Position numbers and translations under genes: made by a program. A DNA stretch of 64,000 nt from Leidyana gryllorum EB-2025a (taxonomy: Eukaryota; Protista; Apicomplexa), in contig JBLWGC010000159.1 in assembly GCA_048772705.1 (NCBI GenBank), positions 186,001 through 250,000 of the forward strand, in the 5' to 3' direction. Positions 13,629 through 30,146 of the stretch are shown here, piece after piece. The notes beneath the pieces are model-generated. The model had not been told where the DNA came from. It made no database searches and saw only the letters and a list, made by a program, of their open reading frames with translations. Positions within the stretch are counted from its first letter, which is position 1; each line of letters begins with the position of its first letter.

Positions 13629-15510
13629 ATGGCCAAACAACCAGATCGCTTCGGCGGGGAGGCCATGTCGACTCGCCTGATACCTTCTCCTACAGTATCG
13701 GGTACGCTTGTAGCTGTAAAACGGATAGACTCTGTCTCCTCAGCTGCCGTAATCAGTGATCTCCAACTGGTGGGAGAGGAATACTCGCCCCGGTGGGGTT
13801 TGGCGGCAGCGGCTTTGGATGACAAGGTCTACTTATTTGGTGGATACATCTGGTATCATGGAGCAGAACGATTCCATGGTGACTTCTACGAGGTGGACGT
13901 CCGTAAGTAATGTAGGGAAGTAATTGGTGTAACGGTTGGCCGCCAGGGAACATGACAATCCACTCTCTACATGTCCGAGGATCGGATGGATTCCCTCGTG
14001 CTCGCTTCGGGCACACTTTGGTTGCGATGCCTAGTCGGCATGCACTATTGATGTTTGGAGGAAGAGATGCGGATTTCTGTTTCGCGGAGTTGTGGCAGTA
14101 CTCATTGGTGGACCAGCAGTGGACCTTATTGTCCCCTGTGGGAGAAGGACTTTCTCATCCTTCCCCTCGCAGCTGGCATTCGGCCAATGTGTGTGGGAAC
14201 TATATGTATGTAGTAGGAGGGTGGGGTCAAGACAGCGATGTGCTGGGTGAAGTTTGGAGGTTTGATATTGAGACGCTCCAATGGAAATGTTTATGTGGAC
14301 CGACTGGGCGTTCTCGCACGTCTGACAGCCAGAGTGGTGCTGGGAGCACAGGTTTCCATCCGACATCGGCGGAAGAGTCTGGTGGGACAGGGGCAACTAC
14401 TGCCGCTGCGCTGGCCGAAAACAGAAAGCGTAAGAGTTTGACTGAAGTATTCACTAATGAAGGGCGAACCTGTCATCAATCTGTGGTCTGGCGCAACGCG
14501 ATCTATGTATATGGAGGTGTTATATGTGGCAATCTTGAGAGTGTTCCGGACTTATGGAAATTTGACTTGGACACCAACAAATGGGTTCTGGTGCCAACAG
14601 CAGGATGCAGTCCGGGAAAACGAGTCAGGTAATTTGTGATACCGTGTTGAGATATGTGGAGATGTTCAGCGCTGCGGGAACGCTTGTGGGGGACACATGG
14701 GTGCTGCATGGTGGGATGACCTCGATGCCAGGGGGTCTTGGGAAGACAACTTCTGATATTTACCAATTTGACTTCATAACCTCGACTTGGGGTCGCAAAG
14801 CTGATCTGTGTTTACTATCGAGCATCTCCGGTTCGGATCCCCAGAAAGCCGAACGAACCCGAGTGTTACGTTATGGTGAGTTGGGATTTGGTGGGTGACC
14901 ATTCCTCTTAGGACACGCTGCTACTACTTTGGCGAATGGAACTCCTGTTTTCTTTGGTGGCGCAGAGGCTTACGCTAGCGCCTCTTCCAGCTTGAGCTGG
15001 CGAATTGAGTTCATCCCATCAGTGGGGCAGGTGGGAGAGTGTGGCGGTGTTTTGTACATGTTTTGTCAGATTCGCGATATGATGGACAACATGGTTAAGG
15101 ACCGGGAAGAGCGACGGATAGTGGGCGGTAATTTGCGAGTGCTCTCCGAAGCGTTCGAGAAGTCGAATTCTCGGACTCAGATGCTGGAGAACGAGTGTTT
15201 GTTCTGGAGAAGCCGTTACGAGGATTTACATCCGACGATGGAGCGTTTGAATCAACGTGTGGACGCGTTGCAACGGCAGTTAGCGTCGTTGACGTCTGCT
15301 ATGCAGGGCGTTGAGCCGATTCTGTCAGGTTTGATGACGTTTGCGACGACGGTGGCTGGTGTAGGGGCAGCAACTCCCGCTGGGACGGCTTCACCGATCG
15401 GAGACTTACCCTTGCCGACCGATAGATACGGATCGGCGCCACCCCGGCCATTACATAGCAACAACTCTACAAATAGTCCCATCAGTCAGCCCGCCGAGTC
15501 CCATCTATGA
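13629..15510 (+). CDS. Kelch-repeat protein with C-terminal coiled coil
   Basis: Repeated Kelch signatures (VYLFGG, PRARFGHT..LLMFGG, PSPRSWHSA..MYVVGG, IYVYGG, WVLHGG) across short introns. Confidence 0.88.
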
Positions 15511-15706
15511 ACTTCATAATGCTTTCGCTTTTGTGCGGCTGTCAAAACGTCATTTCCACACCAGGTGCCGATTGAAGAGCGGCTTCGGCCGACTGAAACC
15601 GAAATTTTCGGGGTGAGAAGCTGCTTCCCAGCTCGTGCTCATTACGTTCCAGTCCCCCGTAGACAGTACCGCCATCTGGGTTGGTCCACCGCCTCAGCCT
15701 GAATCC

Positions 15707-21152
<5,446 letters not shown>

Positions 21153-21307
21153 TCACAAACCCAGAGACACCATCACCACACACGTGTGCTATGGGCGGCT
21201 TTGCAGATTCGATTTTGGGTCGCGACGTGCACACCATCTGAAGCAGTTTACTGCTTGCCTATCAGTCTCTCCTAGTTTTTCTTACTCTTCTTCATAACTT
21301 TCACTGA

Positions 21308-24300
21308 ATGGTCGCGGCAGACAGCATCAACCAACCGCTTCTTCAAGCCGGAGCCACTCAGGCCCGCGATATTGGATATGCTCCCGCAGAGCGTGACGTC
21401 AAGCATATCCGCATCGTAAGCAACTCAGGTGGTGCTGATTATCTTGTCCTTGCAGACAACAATTGGTGCTCCCAAGGAGATTTACCCGGGCGAAGCTCGA
21501 GTAGCTCAGACTGTGGACACTATCAAGACTCTCATTTCCAAGCGTGGTTATGAGGTGTGGGTTGAATCGGGTGCTGGTGCCGCTGCTGCAATGTCGGATA
21601 ATGCCTATGTTCAAGCTGGAGCAAAGGTTGTATCCCGGGAGGAAGCTTGGGGCTGCGACGTGGTGTGTCACGTTCGCCCTCCTACCCTACAAGAAATCGA
21701 ATTGATGAAGCCAGGATCCGTCTTGATATCAACTATACTACCAGGAGTCAACAAAGATATTGTTGGAGCCCTTCAAGCCCGTAAAGTCACAGCATTTGCT
21801 TTGGACGCGATGCCTCGTATCACGAGAGCTCAAGTCTTTGACGTTCTGAGTTCGATGGCCAACATTGCAGGCTACAAGGCTGTCATGGAAGCGTCCAATC
21901 ATTTCGGACGTTTCCTGGGAGGTCAGATGACTGCCGCCGGACGTATTCCCCCTGCCCAACTACTCGTTATCGGTGGTGGTGTTGCCGGTTTGTCTGCTGT
22001 GCAAACCGCCAGGGGACTGAACTGCAAGATCTATTGCTTCGATGTACGATCACAAGCTAAGGAACAAGTTGAAGCTGCTGGAGCTACATTTTTGGATTTG
22101 AAGGGATTCGAGCTCCAAGCAGGCGCCGGAGGCTACGCTACCAACGCGGGTGACGCCTTGTTGGAAGCGGAGCGCGCTCTGTTCGACCAACACTGCCCTA
22201 ACATGGACATCGTGATCACCACAGCTTTGGTTCCCAATCAAGGTGCACCGAAGCTGCTTACCAACTCCACCATTGCTAAAATGAAACCAGGGAGCGTCAT
22301 TGTCGATCTGGTGGCCGAGTTCGGTGGCAATACTGAACTGACCGTGGCCAATGAAGTTGTCACCACTCCCAATGGTGTCAAGATTCTTGGCTACACTGAT
22401 CTACCTTCTCGCCTTCCCAATGTTAGCTCCCTTCTGTACTCTTCGAACGTATCCAAATTCTTGATGTACCTAACCGATGAGAAGACCAAGGATCTCGCTG
22501 TGAACCTGACCGATGATGTTACTCGCGGCGCAATTGTTACTCAGGATGGTCAACTACTGTACCCTCCTCCCAGACCTGTTGGACCTCCTCCGCCCGCTCC
22601 CAAGCCGAAAGCTGCCGTGGTCGAAAAGAAGGTTACCAGTCCCTTCACCAAGACATTCGGTACCGCAATCGCGGTATCGATTGGATTGGCTTTGATGATC
22701 AGCTTGAACCTTCTGAGTCACGACATGAATCTCCTTTCGATGATTACAGTCTTTTCCTTGGCGGGTACTGCAGGCTATCAAGCTGTTTGGGGTGTTACAC
22801 CAGCACTTCACACTCCGCTTATGAGTGTGACAAACGCTATCAGTGGTATCACTCTGGTTGGTGGTTTGGTGTGCTTGAGTTCAGCTACTAGCTCTCTGAG
22901 TTACACTCTCAGTGCAATCGCCATTCTTGCCTCATGTGTCAACATCTGCGGTGGTTTCCTGGTCACTGTACGGATGCTCGATATGTTCAAGCGCGCCGGC
23001 GATCCGAACGAGCACAACTACCTGTATATCCTGCCCGCCCTGACCGCAATCACTCTCTACTGCTTGGGAAAGTGGGTTTGGGGTGATGATCCTACTCAGC
23101 TCACTTATCTTGCTGCCTCGCTCTGCTGCGTCTTTGCGATCGGCGGTTTGGCCTCTCAGACGTCTGCCCGTTATGGAAACGCGATGGGCATGATCGGTAT
23201 GGCTACCGGCATCGTATGTACCCTCGGACTAATTCACTACAACTTCCGTACCTTCTCTATTGCTGCTTCATTGATGATTATCGGTGCAGTTTGTGGACTG
23301 ATCGTTGGCAACATCGTGCAGGTCACTGAGTTGCCCCAGACTGTCGCCGCCTTCCACTCTTTGGTTGGTTTGGCTGCTATGGTCACCTCTGTCGCCCACT
23401 TTGCATCCAACCCATACAACACTGAAGAATCCACTACCACCTCATTGTTGGCTGCTATCCTCGGAACCTTCATCGGTGGCGTGACTCTTACCGGGAGTTT
23501 GGTTGCCTTCTCCAAGCTCCATGGACTCGCCAGCAGCAAGGCTCTGGCCCTTCCCGGCAAGAACTGGATCAACATCCTCTGCGTCTGCGCTCAGACCGTT
23601 GCCATCGTTCTCTTCATGGGTCCTCTGACCGCTACTCGGTCCTTCGGCCTGATGTGCCTCTACACCACTATGGGTATCAGTCTGTTCCTTGGCTGGCACA
23701 CTGTTGCTAGCATTGGTGGCGGTGACATGCCGGTGTGCATCACTGTGCTCAACTCCTATAGTGGCTGGGCTCTTGTGGCTGAGGGCTTCATGCTCAACAA
23801 CTTGATGCTCACCATTGTTGGAAGTTTGATCGGCTTCTCGGGAGGTATCCTCTCTTACATCATGTGTGTGGCTATGAACCGCAGTTTGACTAACGTTCTC
23901 TTCGGTGGTTACGCTATGGTAGCCGCTAGCAAAGCTAAGGGTGAAGTCAAGGTAAGTTTCGAGCTTGTGAGGCCTGTATCATGCAATTCACTTTCAGGTT
24001 CACAAGGAAACCTCGGCTGATGAGGTTGTTGACATGATTGCCAACGCCAAGAGCGTCGTCATTGTTCCTGGCTACGGTATGGCTGTTGCTAAGGCACAGT
24101 ACGCCATCGCGGAACTTGCCAAGACTGCTCGTTCGAAGAACGTCGAAGTGCGGTTCGGCATCCATCCCGTTGCTGGTCGTATGCCGGGTCAGATGAATGT
24201 GTTGTTGGCTGAGGCTGGAGTTCCCTACGACTGGGTTCACGAAATGGACGAGATCAACGACGACTTCTCCGATACCGATGTTGCTTTGGTTGTTGGAGCC

Positions 24301-24537
24301 AACGATATCACAAACTCTGCCGCACAGGAAGATCCGACTTGTGCCATTGCCGGTATGCCGGTGCTTGAGGTGTGGAAGGCACGTGCCTGTGTCTACATGA
24401 AGAGAACCATGGGATCTGGGTATGCCGATCTCGAGAACCCGGTCTTCTTCAAGGAGAACACCTACATGCTTTTGGGTGACGCCAAGAGTACTGTAGATAC
24501 TCTTGCCACTAAGCTGAAGGCATACTGGGGTGTGTGA
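21308..24537 (+). CDS. NNT: Proton-translocating NAD(P) transhydrogenase, single-chain alpha-beta
   Basis: [69 protein letters not shown] and GANDI motifs; introns 21416-21455 and about 23952-23997. Confidence 0.97.
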
Positions 24538-24947
24538 TTTGCTAGGCGTTATGGACAAGAGAGGAAATTGAGGTCATCTTATTTGTTTGGTGATCTAGTT
24601 GACGCATCAGCTCACCGTAAAGTAATCTAAGACATGTATCGCGGACTTTTTTGTGGACGCCGCCCGAGGCAGTTGGTGAACTGTGCGGTAGAAACGGACA
24701 TTAGAATATTCATCTGCCTCACCCGTTTATAGTGTACATGGTTGTAGCACCAGCTCGTGGTGGGTGGGTGAAGAATCAACGAAAAGCAAGATATTATATT
24801 GGCTCGAATTGATAAATTGGGGGTGCCTGACTGGGAGAGGGGGCTTTGGACAGATGGCCAGCTCCTCGGAAGTCGCTTGTTGTTGAACACCAGGTGGAGT
24901 TATTCTGTGAGCGGTGTGGGTAGAGAGGGGAGTTGGCGATCTTCTTT

Positions 24948-25817
24948 TCAGCCGAGTTGTTCGTGTTGCTGCAGGGTATCGTTAGCCACTTGTAGAGTGG
25001 CATCTCGGATCTGCATGACACATTTTTCGAGTGCTTGGGTGTGGCTGGCCACAAGGGGTTCGATAGCATCGTTAGCAGCTTGCCAATACCTCAACCTCTG
25101 AACTAAAAGATTGCTTTCCTGAGAATATGGGTATGAATGCACATCTGTATTGTTGTTTTTCCTTACATGGGGATTCTGGACGTATTGTGGAATGCCGTCC
25201 TCGTTGGGCACATAGACTGAAGGAAGCTCTGGAAGCATCATTCTGATAGACTCGTGCAGAGAAGCCATTCGTTGGGCTCTGAACAGAGCGTCTTGTACTA
25301 CTTGGTCGACTGCTTCTGCACTCATGGCGGGTGGGTCATATGTCTCTTTGACCATCTGCGGGAGTGGCTGAGAGGGGGAGGGTGAGATGGGCTTACGTCT
25401 GCGAGTTCGTCCTCTTCCTCAATGGAGTTGGGATCCTGTTGTTTGGCCGCTTCGTCAGCATCGTCCTCTCCAATTTTGCCGACTTGAGTCCCTTTGCGAA
25501 GGTTCTTACCCTCCCTCCAAGCTTGGACAAATTGGTCCCGAAACTTGCGATAGTAGTCCATGAGCTCTGTGGGTTGTTGTACATATTCTCCGTCGAGAGA
25601 GATAGGGGGAGCCCCCTCGAGCATGAAGTGGAATCCTTCCTGGGTAGTCATATGTATCGGGTGAGCGAGGCAGCAGACATACTCTGATCTGACTGAGAAC
25701 ATTGTTCAACATGATTTGTATTTGGGTGATGGAGTCAACTGCGGGGGCCGAAGGAACGATAGTCCTGGGGAGAGCCCCCGGTTGGGGCTGCTGGAACTCT
25801 TGTGGCGGCTGTGCCAT
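24948..25817 (-). CDS. Mediator subunit Med21 (Srb7)-like protein
   Basis: Spliced DSITQIQIMLNNVLSQIR|EGFHFMLEGAPP resembles the Med21 N-terminus (DRLTQLQ...); ELP followed by a C-terminal coiled coil. Recognised by eye only. Confidence 0.55.
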
Positions 25818-25847
25818 TTTTACATTGTCAATTTCTTTTCGAAGTTG

Positions 25848-27561
25848 ATGCGTGGAGGACCACCTGCAACGCCCCGGTTTCGGGATATAAGGAGTCCGAG
25901 GAGTCGTGAAGATGTAAGTTGATGTATTCTGATCCTCTATCAATCGTTTTCAGAGAGCCTGGAAGTGCATTGAGAAGATTCCCATCGATGAAAGCGCTTT
26001 CCCACCCCACGTGAAGCCCGCTGCCATAATTATCGGAGTCAAAGGCTCGAATCATGCGCGGATGCAGGACGAGGCAGGTTGCTGTGTGCAGCTGCGAGGT
26101 CGTGGAATCAGTTCTGTAAGTGGCAAATACATTAACGCGCACGTAATATGATCGCAGCCTGGCACCCCTGGGGCGGACGAACCTATACATCTGTGGGTGA
26201 AGTATGATACTCCCGATCAACTGCAAAGGGTGCGAGACGTATTGCAGGAGATAATCCGGTCGTGTGAGAAGGGTCCCCCTCCTGAGCTTCGGAAGAAATC
26301 CGCTACAAATGGGCCGCCTTTGCAGGGCCCTCCACGAGGAAATCGACCGCCCGCGCTGATGGCGTATCCCGGAGCTCCCCCGGGAGTCGTCCCTATGCGG
26401 CCTCCGATTCGGCCAGGAATGCCACCCCAATTTGAGCAGATTCCCGATGTGCTGCCACCGGTCCCCGACCGTCCCCCGGCCTCTCCTCTGGAATGTTTCT
26501 TCACCCTCCATTACTTGGCACACGCTGCACATGACTTGAATACTGAGGTACGTACGTTGCGCAGGCTTTGTTCAGAGACGAGTTCATTGGGCAGAATCTG
26601 GAGTCTGTTTACGAACAGTACTTTGGATATCCGCTTGAAGAGCGGCTACGAGGTATCGGAGGCACACTGACGCTCTCGTTGATGATGTTGCCTCAAATTA
26701 TACGGCTCGAGGACCCCAAAACAGGGGGGCCACCTCCGGCTCCCAATGACATTCAGCCCCATATGATCTTCAACATCCGGCCAGTACTCCCCATGGGATT
26801 TACTTGGCAAATGTTCAGCGCTCATGTGAATGCCACACAGATACAACCCACACAGCCGCCCACAATACATCCTCCACCTCCCCCTCCTCCATCGAGCATC
26901 CCTCCAATTGGTATGGGAGGGGCACCCCCCCCTGTTCATCAGAGTCCCATGGCTATACGGCCTAATCAACCTCCCTATGTTCAACAACCACCACTCGAGG
27001 CACCAGGGCTGACGATAATGCCGAGGACATTACCTCCCCCCGAGAGGATGGCGCCACCGCAGTTTGCGCCTCCGCCAAGTGGCTCGGGAACGAACAACGA
27101 CTTCACTGGGCCTTTGCCGCCTCCTCATTTGCTGGCTGTGCAGGCATTACATGCTTTGCTCGCCGAAAGGGTCCATCAACAAGGAGTCGAAGCAGGGACT
27201 GAATCGTCAGCCGAGATGGTGAGGCGGTGGCCAGGCATCCCCTTGACAGAGGTAAGATTTGAACACAACAAGTTTGGGGGGCACATTAAGTTCTTTCCAA
27301 CAAATAGGTCGAGGATATTTTTGCAAGGGAGTTGGGCATTCGTCTGGACGTCGCCACCTTCGGTTTTCCTGATATTGCCTCGTAAGTATTCATTCTACCT
27401 AGTTGTCGTTACACTTCGAGCGTAGTTTCATTATGCGGGCAGCTGGGCCAGAGATCTTAGAGTTGTATTGGAACCCAGCAGGTCAGCCGCGCGGCAGCTA
27501 CTTTGTTCGCCTTGGGTCACAGGGACTCTGTCCTGACTTTCGCTTGTTGGAGGGCAAATAG
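25848..27561 (+). CDS. KH-domain + putative LOTUS/OST-HTH RNA-binding protein (multi-exon, 3' end uncertain)
   Basis: Exon 2 reads IIIGVKGSNHARMQDEAGCCVQLRGRG, then DEPIHLWV (SF1/KHDC4-type KH). LESVYEQYFGYPL...LSLMMLPQII and PLTEVEDIFARELGIRLDVATFGFPDIASFI are LOTUS-like; Pro-rich linkers. Confidence 0.65.
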
Positions 27562-27722
27562 GTAGGCGGCAGTCGAAGAGGAAATCTAGCGGAGGAGTTC
27601 AGGAGGAGTCAGCTCGGCAAAAATGTGGCAGGAGCGCAAGCAGTTAAGAATGGACAGAACAGACGGGGCGATCAACCCCCAATAATATAAAGCATGAGAT
27701 CGTCAACCATCGGGTTCAACGC

Positions 27723-28749
27723 TCACACCTGGGGTGTTAGCAGCCTGAGGAGGTGACTTGACCGGAGAAGAAATGCGATAACACTTACGCTTCCACAAGT
27801 TTGGTGTAATCTATTTGGTCACCAGTCATACCGATATCACTGCGCACACATATTTCGAAACAGATAACCGAAACTTTGAGCTTACGAGAGCAGCCGGTTG
27901 ATCTCGTCGTCAGACAACGGTTCGCCGAAGGACTTGAGGATATTTGTAATCTGTTTCCGTGACAGAGTACCAGTGTGCTGTGGTTGGGGAAAATAGAGTT
28001 AACATAAGCACACATGTGCGAACGCGAACTTTACCTTCTGATCGTAGTACTTGAAGAAACCGATGAGGTTGTCGACAGTGTCATTCGCCTGAACTTTGCC
28101 CAAGTCTTGGATCCACTGTTCCACATCCTTGACTGACACATTGTCACCCTTCGCCGCCTTGAATTGAGCTATATCGTCCAAACTTGGCGCCATTCCGCAT
28201 CTGCGGACAATGTCGCCGGCTTGAGCGGCGGTAGCTGTCGAGGACCCTCCCTGCGAAAACACAATGAACCCACTCCTCAATGGAAATCACACGTGTACTC
28301 GGTATACACACAAGTTGTCAGCAGCTGGACATTAGCATGCTCCAGCATGAACCGAGAGCGTGGTCGGTCGGTTGGTCAGCCGATCATCTTTGTCTGTGAG
28401 GGTCGATCTATAGATAGTTTGACCCCCACATTCGGCGGTCGAAAGGTTAGCCCCGACACGCTGGAGCACACAAAGACACACGCGCGCGTAAGAGTCGACT
28501 TACAGTAACATCAGTGAAAGTCTTAGAAACTTTGCTTTGAGCTGCCTTGGCTTTTTCCTCCGCAGCCCTCTTTTCTTCAGCGCTAGGTCCATCATCCTGT
28601 ATTATCTCGCTGGCAGCTGATTCAGCGTCAGAGTCGGCCGGAGGTTCTGTTTCCTCCCGATAGGTATCTGCAGGCATCCAGAGCCCATACTCAAAGAACT
28701 CCTGGGGGGGGAGACAATCCCTGCAAACATCCTTGCATATCAGGGCCAT
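27723..28749 (-). CDS. Myosin light chain, apicomplexan MLC1/MTIP-like (5 exons)
   Basis: Cys-containing N-terminus with FEYGLWMP; EF-hand-like GDIVRRCGMAPS, FFKYYDQKHTGTLSRKQITNILKSFGEPLSDDE and IDYTKLVE; ends LLTPQV*. Confidence 0.85.
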
Positions 28750-28967
28750 GGAGATGAAACTTTTATTGGGGGGTGGTGAGGGCGATGAACGAAACAACTA
28801 AAAATACGCGTTTTCCAGCGAGGCAATCACAGCGGCATGCACCCCTCACAACAAAAATGACACCAGTAGCTGATCTTAGTCTGCGTCCCAAATCCAACCG
28901 GTCGAATGCTTAGGCCTGATTGTGGGGAGTGTCAACCGTAATAAAAAGCGGGCCGACAGTTTCGACC

Positions 28968-30065
28968 ATGCTAAGACGGGGTCCCATCCCGACAAACATT
29001 CGTCCTGTGGAAATGCGACCAAACAAGACTGTTCTGAACACAGCTATCTCTGATATTCTCAGTCCAAGTACACAGATCCTCATCAAGAATACCTTTATTC
29101 AGTTCGAGGACCCTGCCGCCCAACCCCTCGAACCCAATGCAACCAGACCACGAGGTGACTCATGTGACGCCGTACTACTGTCCAGCAATACGCCTCCTCG
29201 TGTGCGTGCGGCCGATGCTTTGCTATGCATCCCAGAAAACTCCGTTCACCTTCGCGAAACCGACGAGGAGACCACGGATCATGAATCTCGCGACTCCCTT
29301 TCCGGTAACAAGGAGCGTCAAGTTGCACTATTGTTGTGAACTCCGGCTCAACAGGCGGCTCCAAGCCGAGTCCCGATCTGCCTGACAGTGATGGCAAAGT
29401 AGGCAAAGCCCCTAGTTCTTCCCGCCGCTCCGGTGAGCTGAGAGAGATTCGCTTCGAAGACTCTATTCTCACGCAGAAGTTACTCCAAAACATCAGAGCA
29501 TGTCTCCTGCTGAGCTGCTGGAGTCCCTGGCGGCCTGCGAGCAACTGAAACGCATGGCGCTGGACGATCTGCCAGCATCGGAACACGAGAAGACCACAAT
29601 TATGTTACGCAATATACCTAATAAGTACACCCAGAGTATGCTGTTGGAAGCGGTTGATCAGGAGTTCCGAGGGCTCTACGATTTCTTCTATCTACCTATA
29701 GATTTCAAGAACAAGTGCAATGTGGGCTACGCATTCATCAATTTCATCCACCCATACTACGGTGAGTCTAGCGAAATCGTGTGCTTTGTTTTGAACACAC
29801 AGAGCGTGCAGCCGATCTTTTCTCTAAGAAGTTTGCGGGACTGAAATTAACAGCTTTCAAGTCCAAGAAGGTCTGCGAGGTGTCGTGGGGTCGCGTACAA
29901 GGTCTTAGAGCGAATATTGATCACTATCGAAATTCTGCCATCATGTCAATACCAAATTCACAATATAAGCCCTTGATTTTCAAGGATGGCATCCCTCTGC
30001 AATTTCCGGGTCCAGCAGGGCCCATTCACTCCGTCAAACCCCGTCACGGCAGAGCCGCAACCTGA
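28968..30065 (+). CDS. Mei2-like RNA-binding protein (RRM_2), copy 1
   Basis: [14 protein letters not shown]...[23 protein letters not shown]...[16 protein letters not shown]; intron 29762-29811 and one or more upstream introns. Confidence 0.92.
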
Positions 30066-30146
30066 ATTCAGTCGCAGCAGAAAGTCAAAAGGTCTCAGAC
30101 AGATTGATTTCTTTGTGAACCTTTGTATAGGTAGCTGATCGATATC

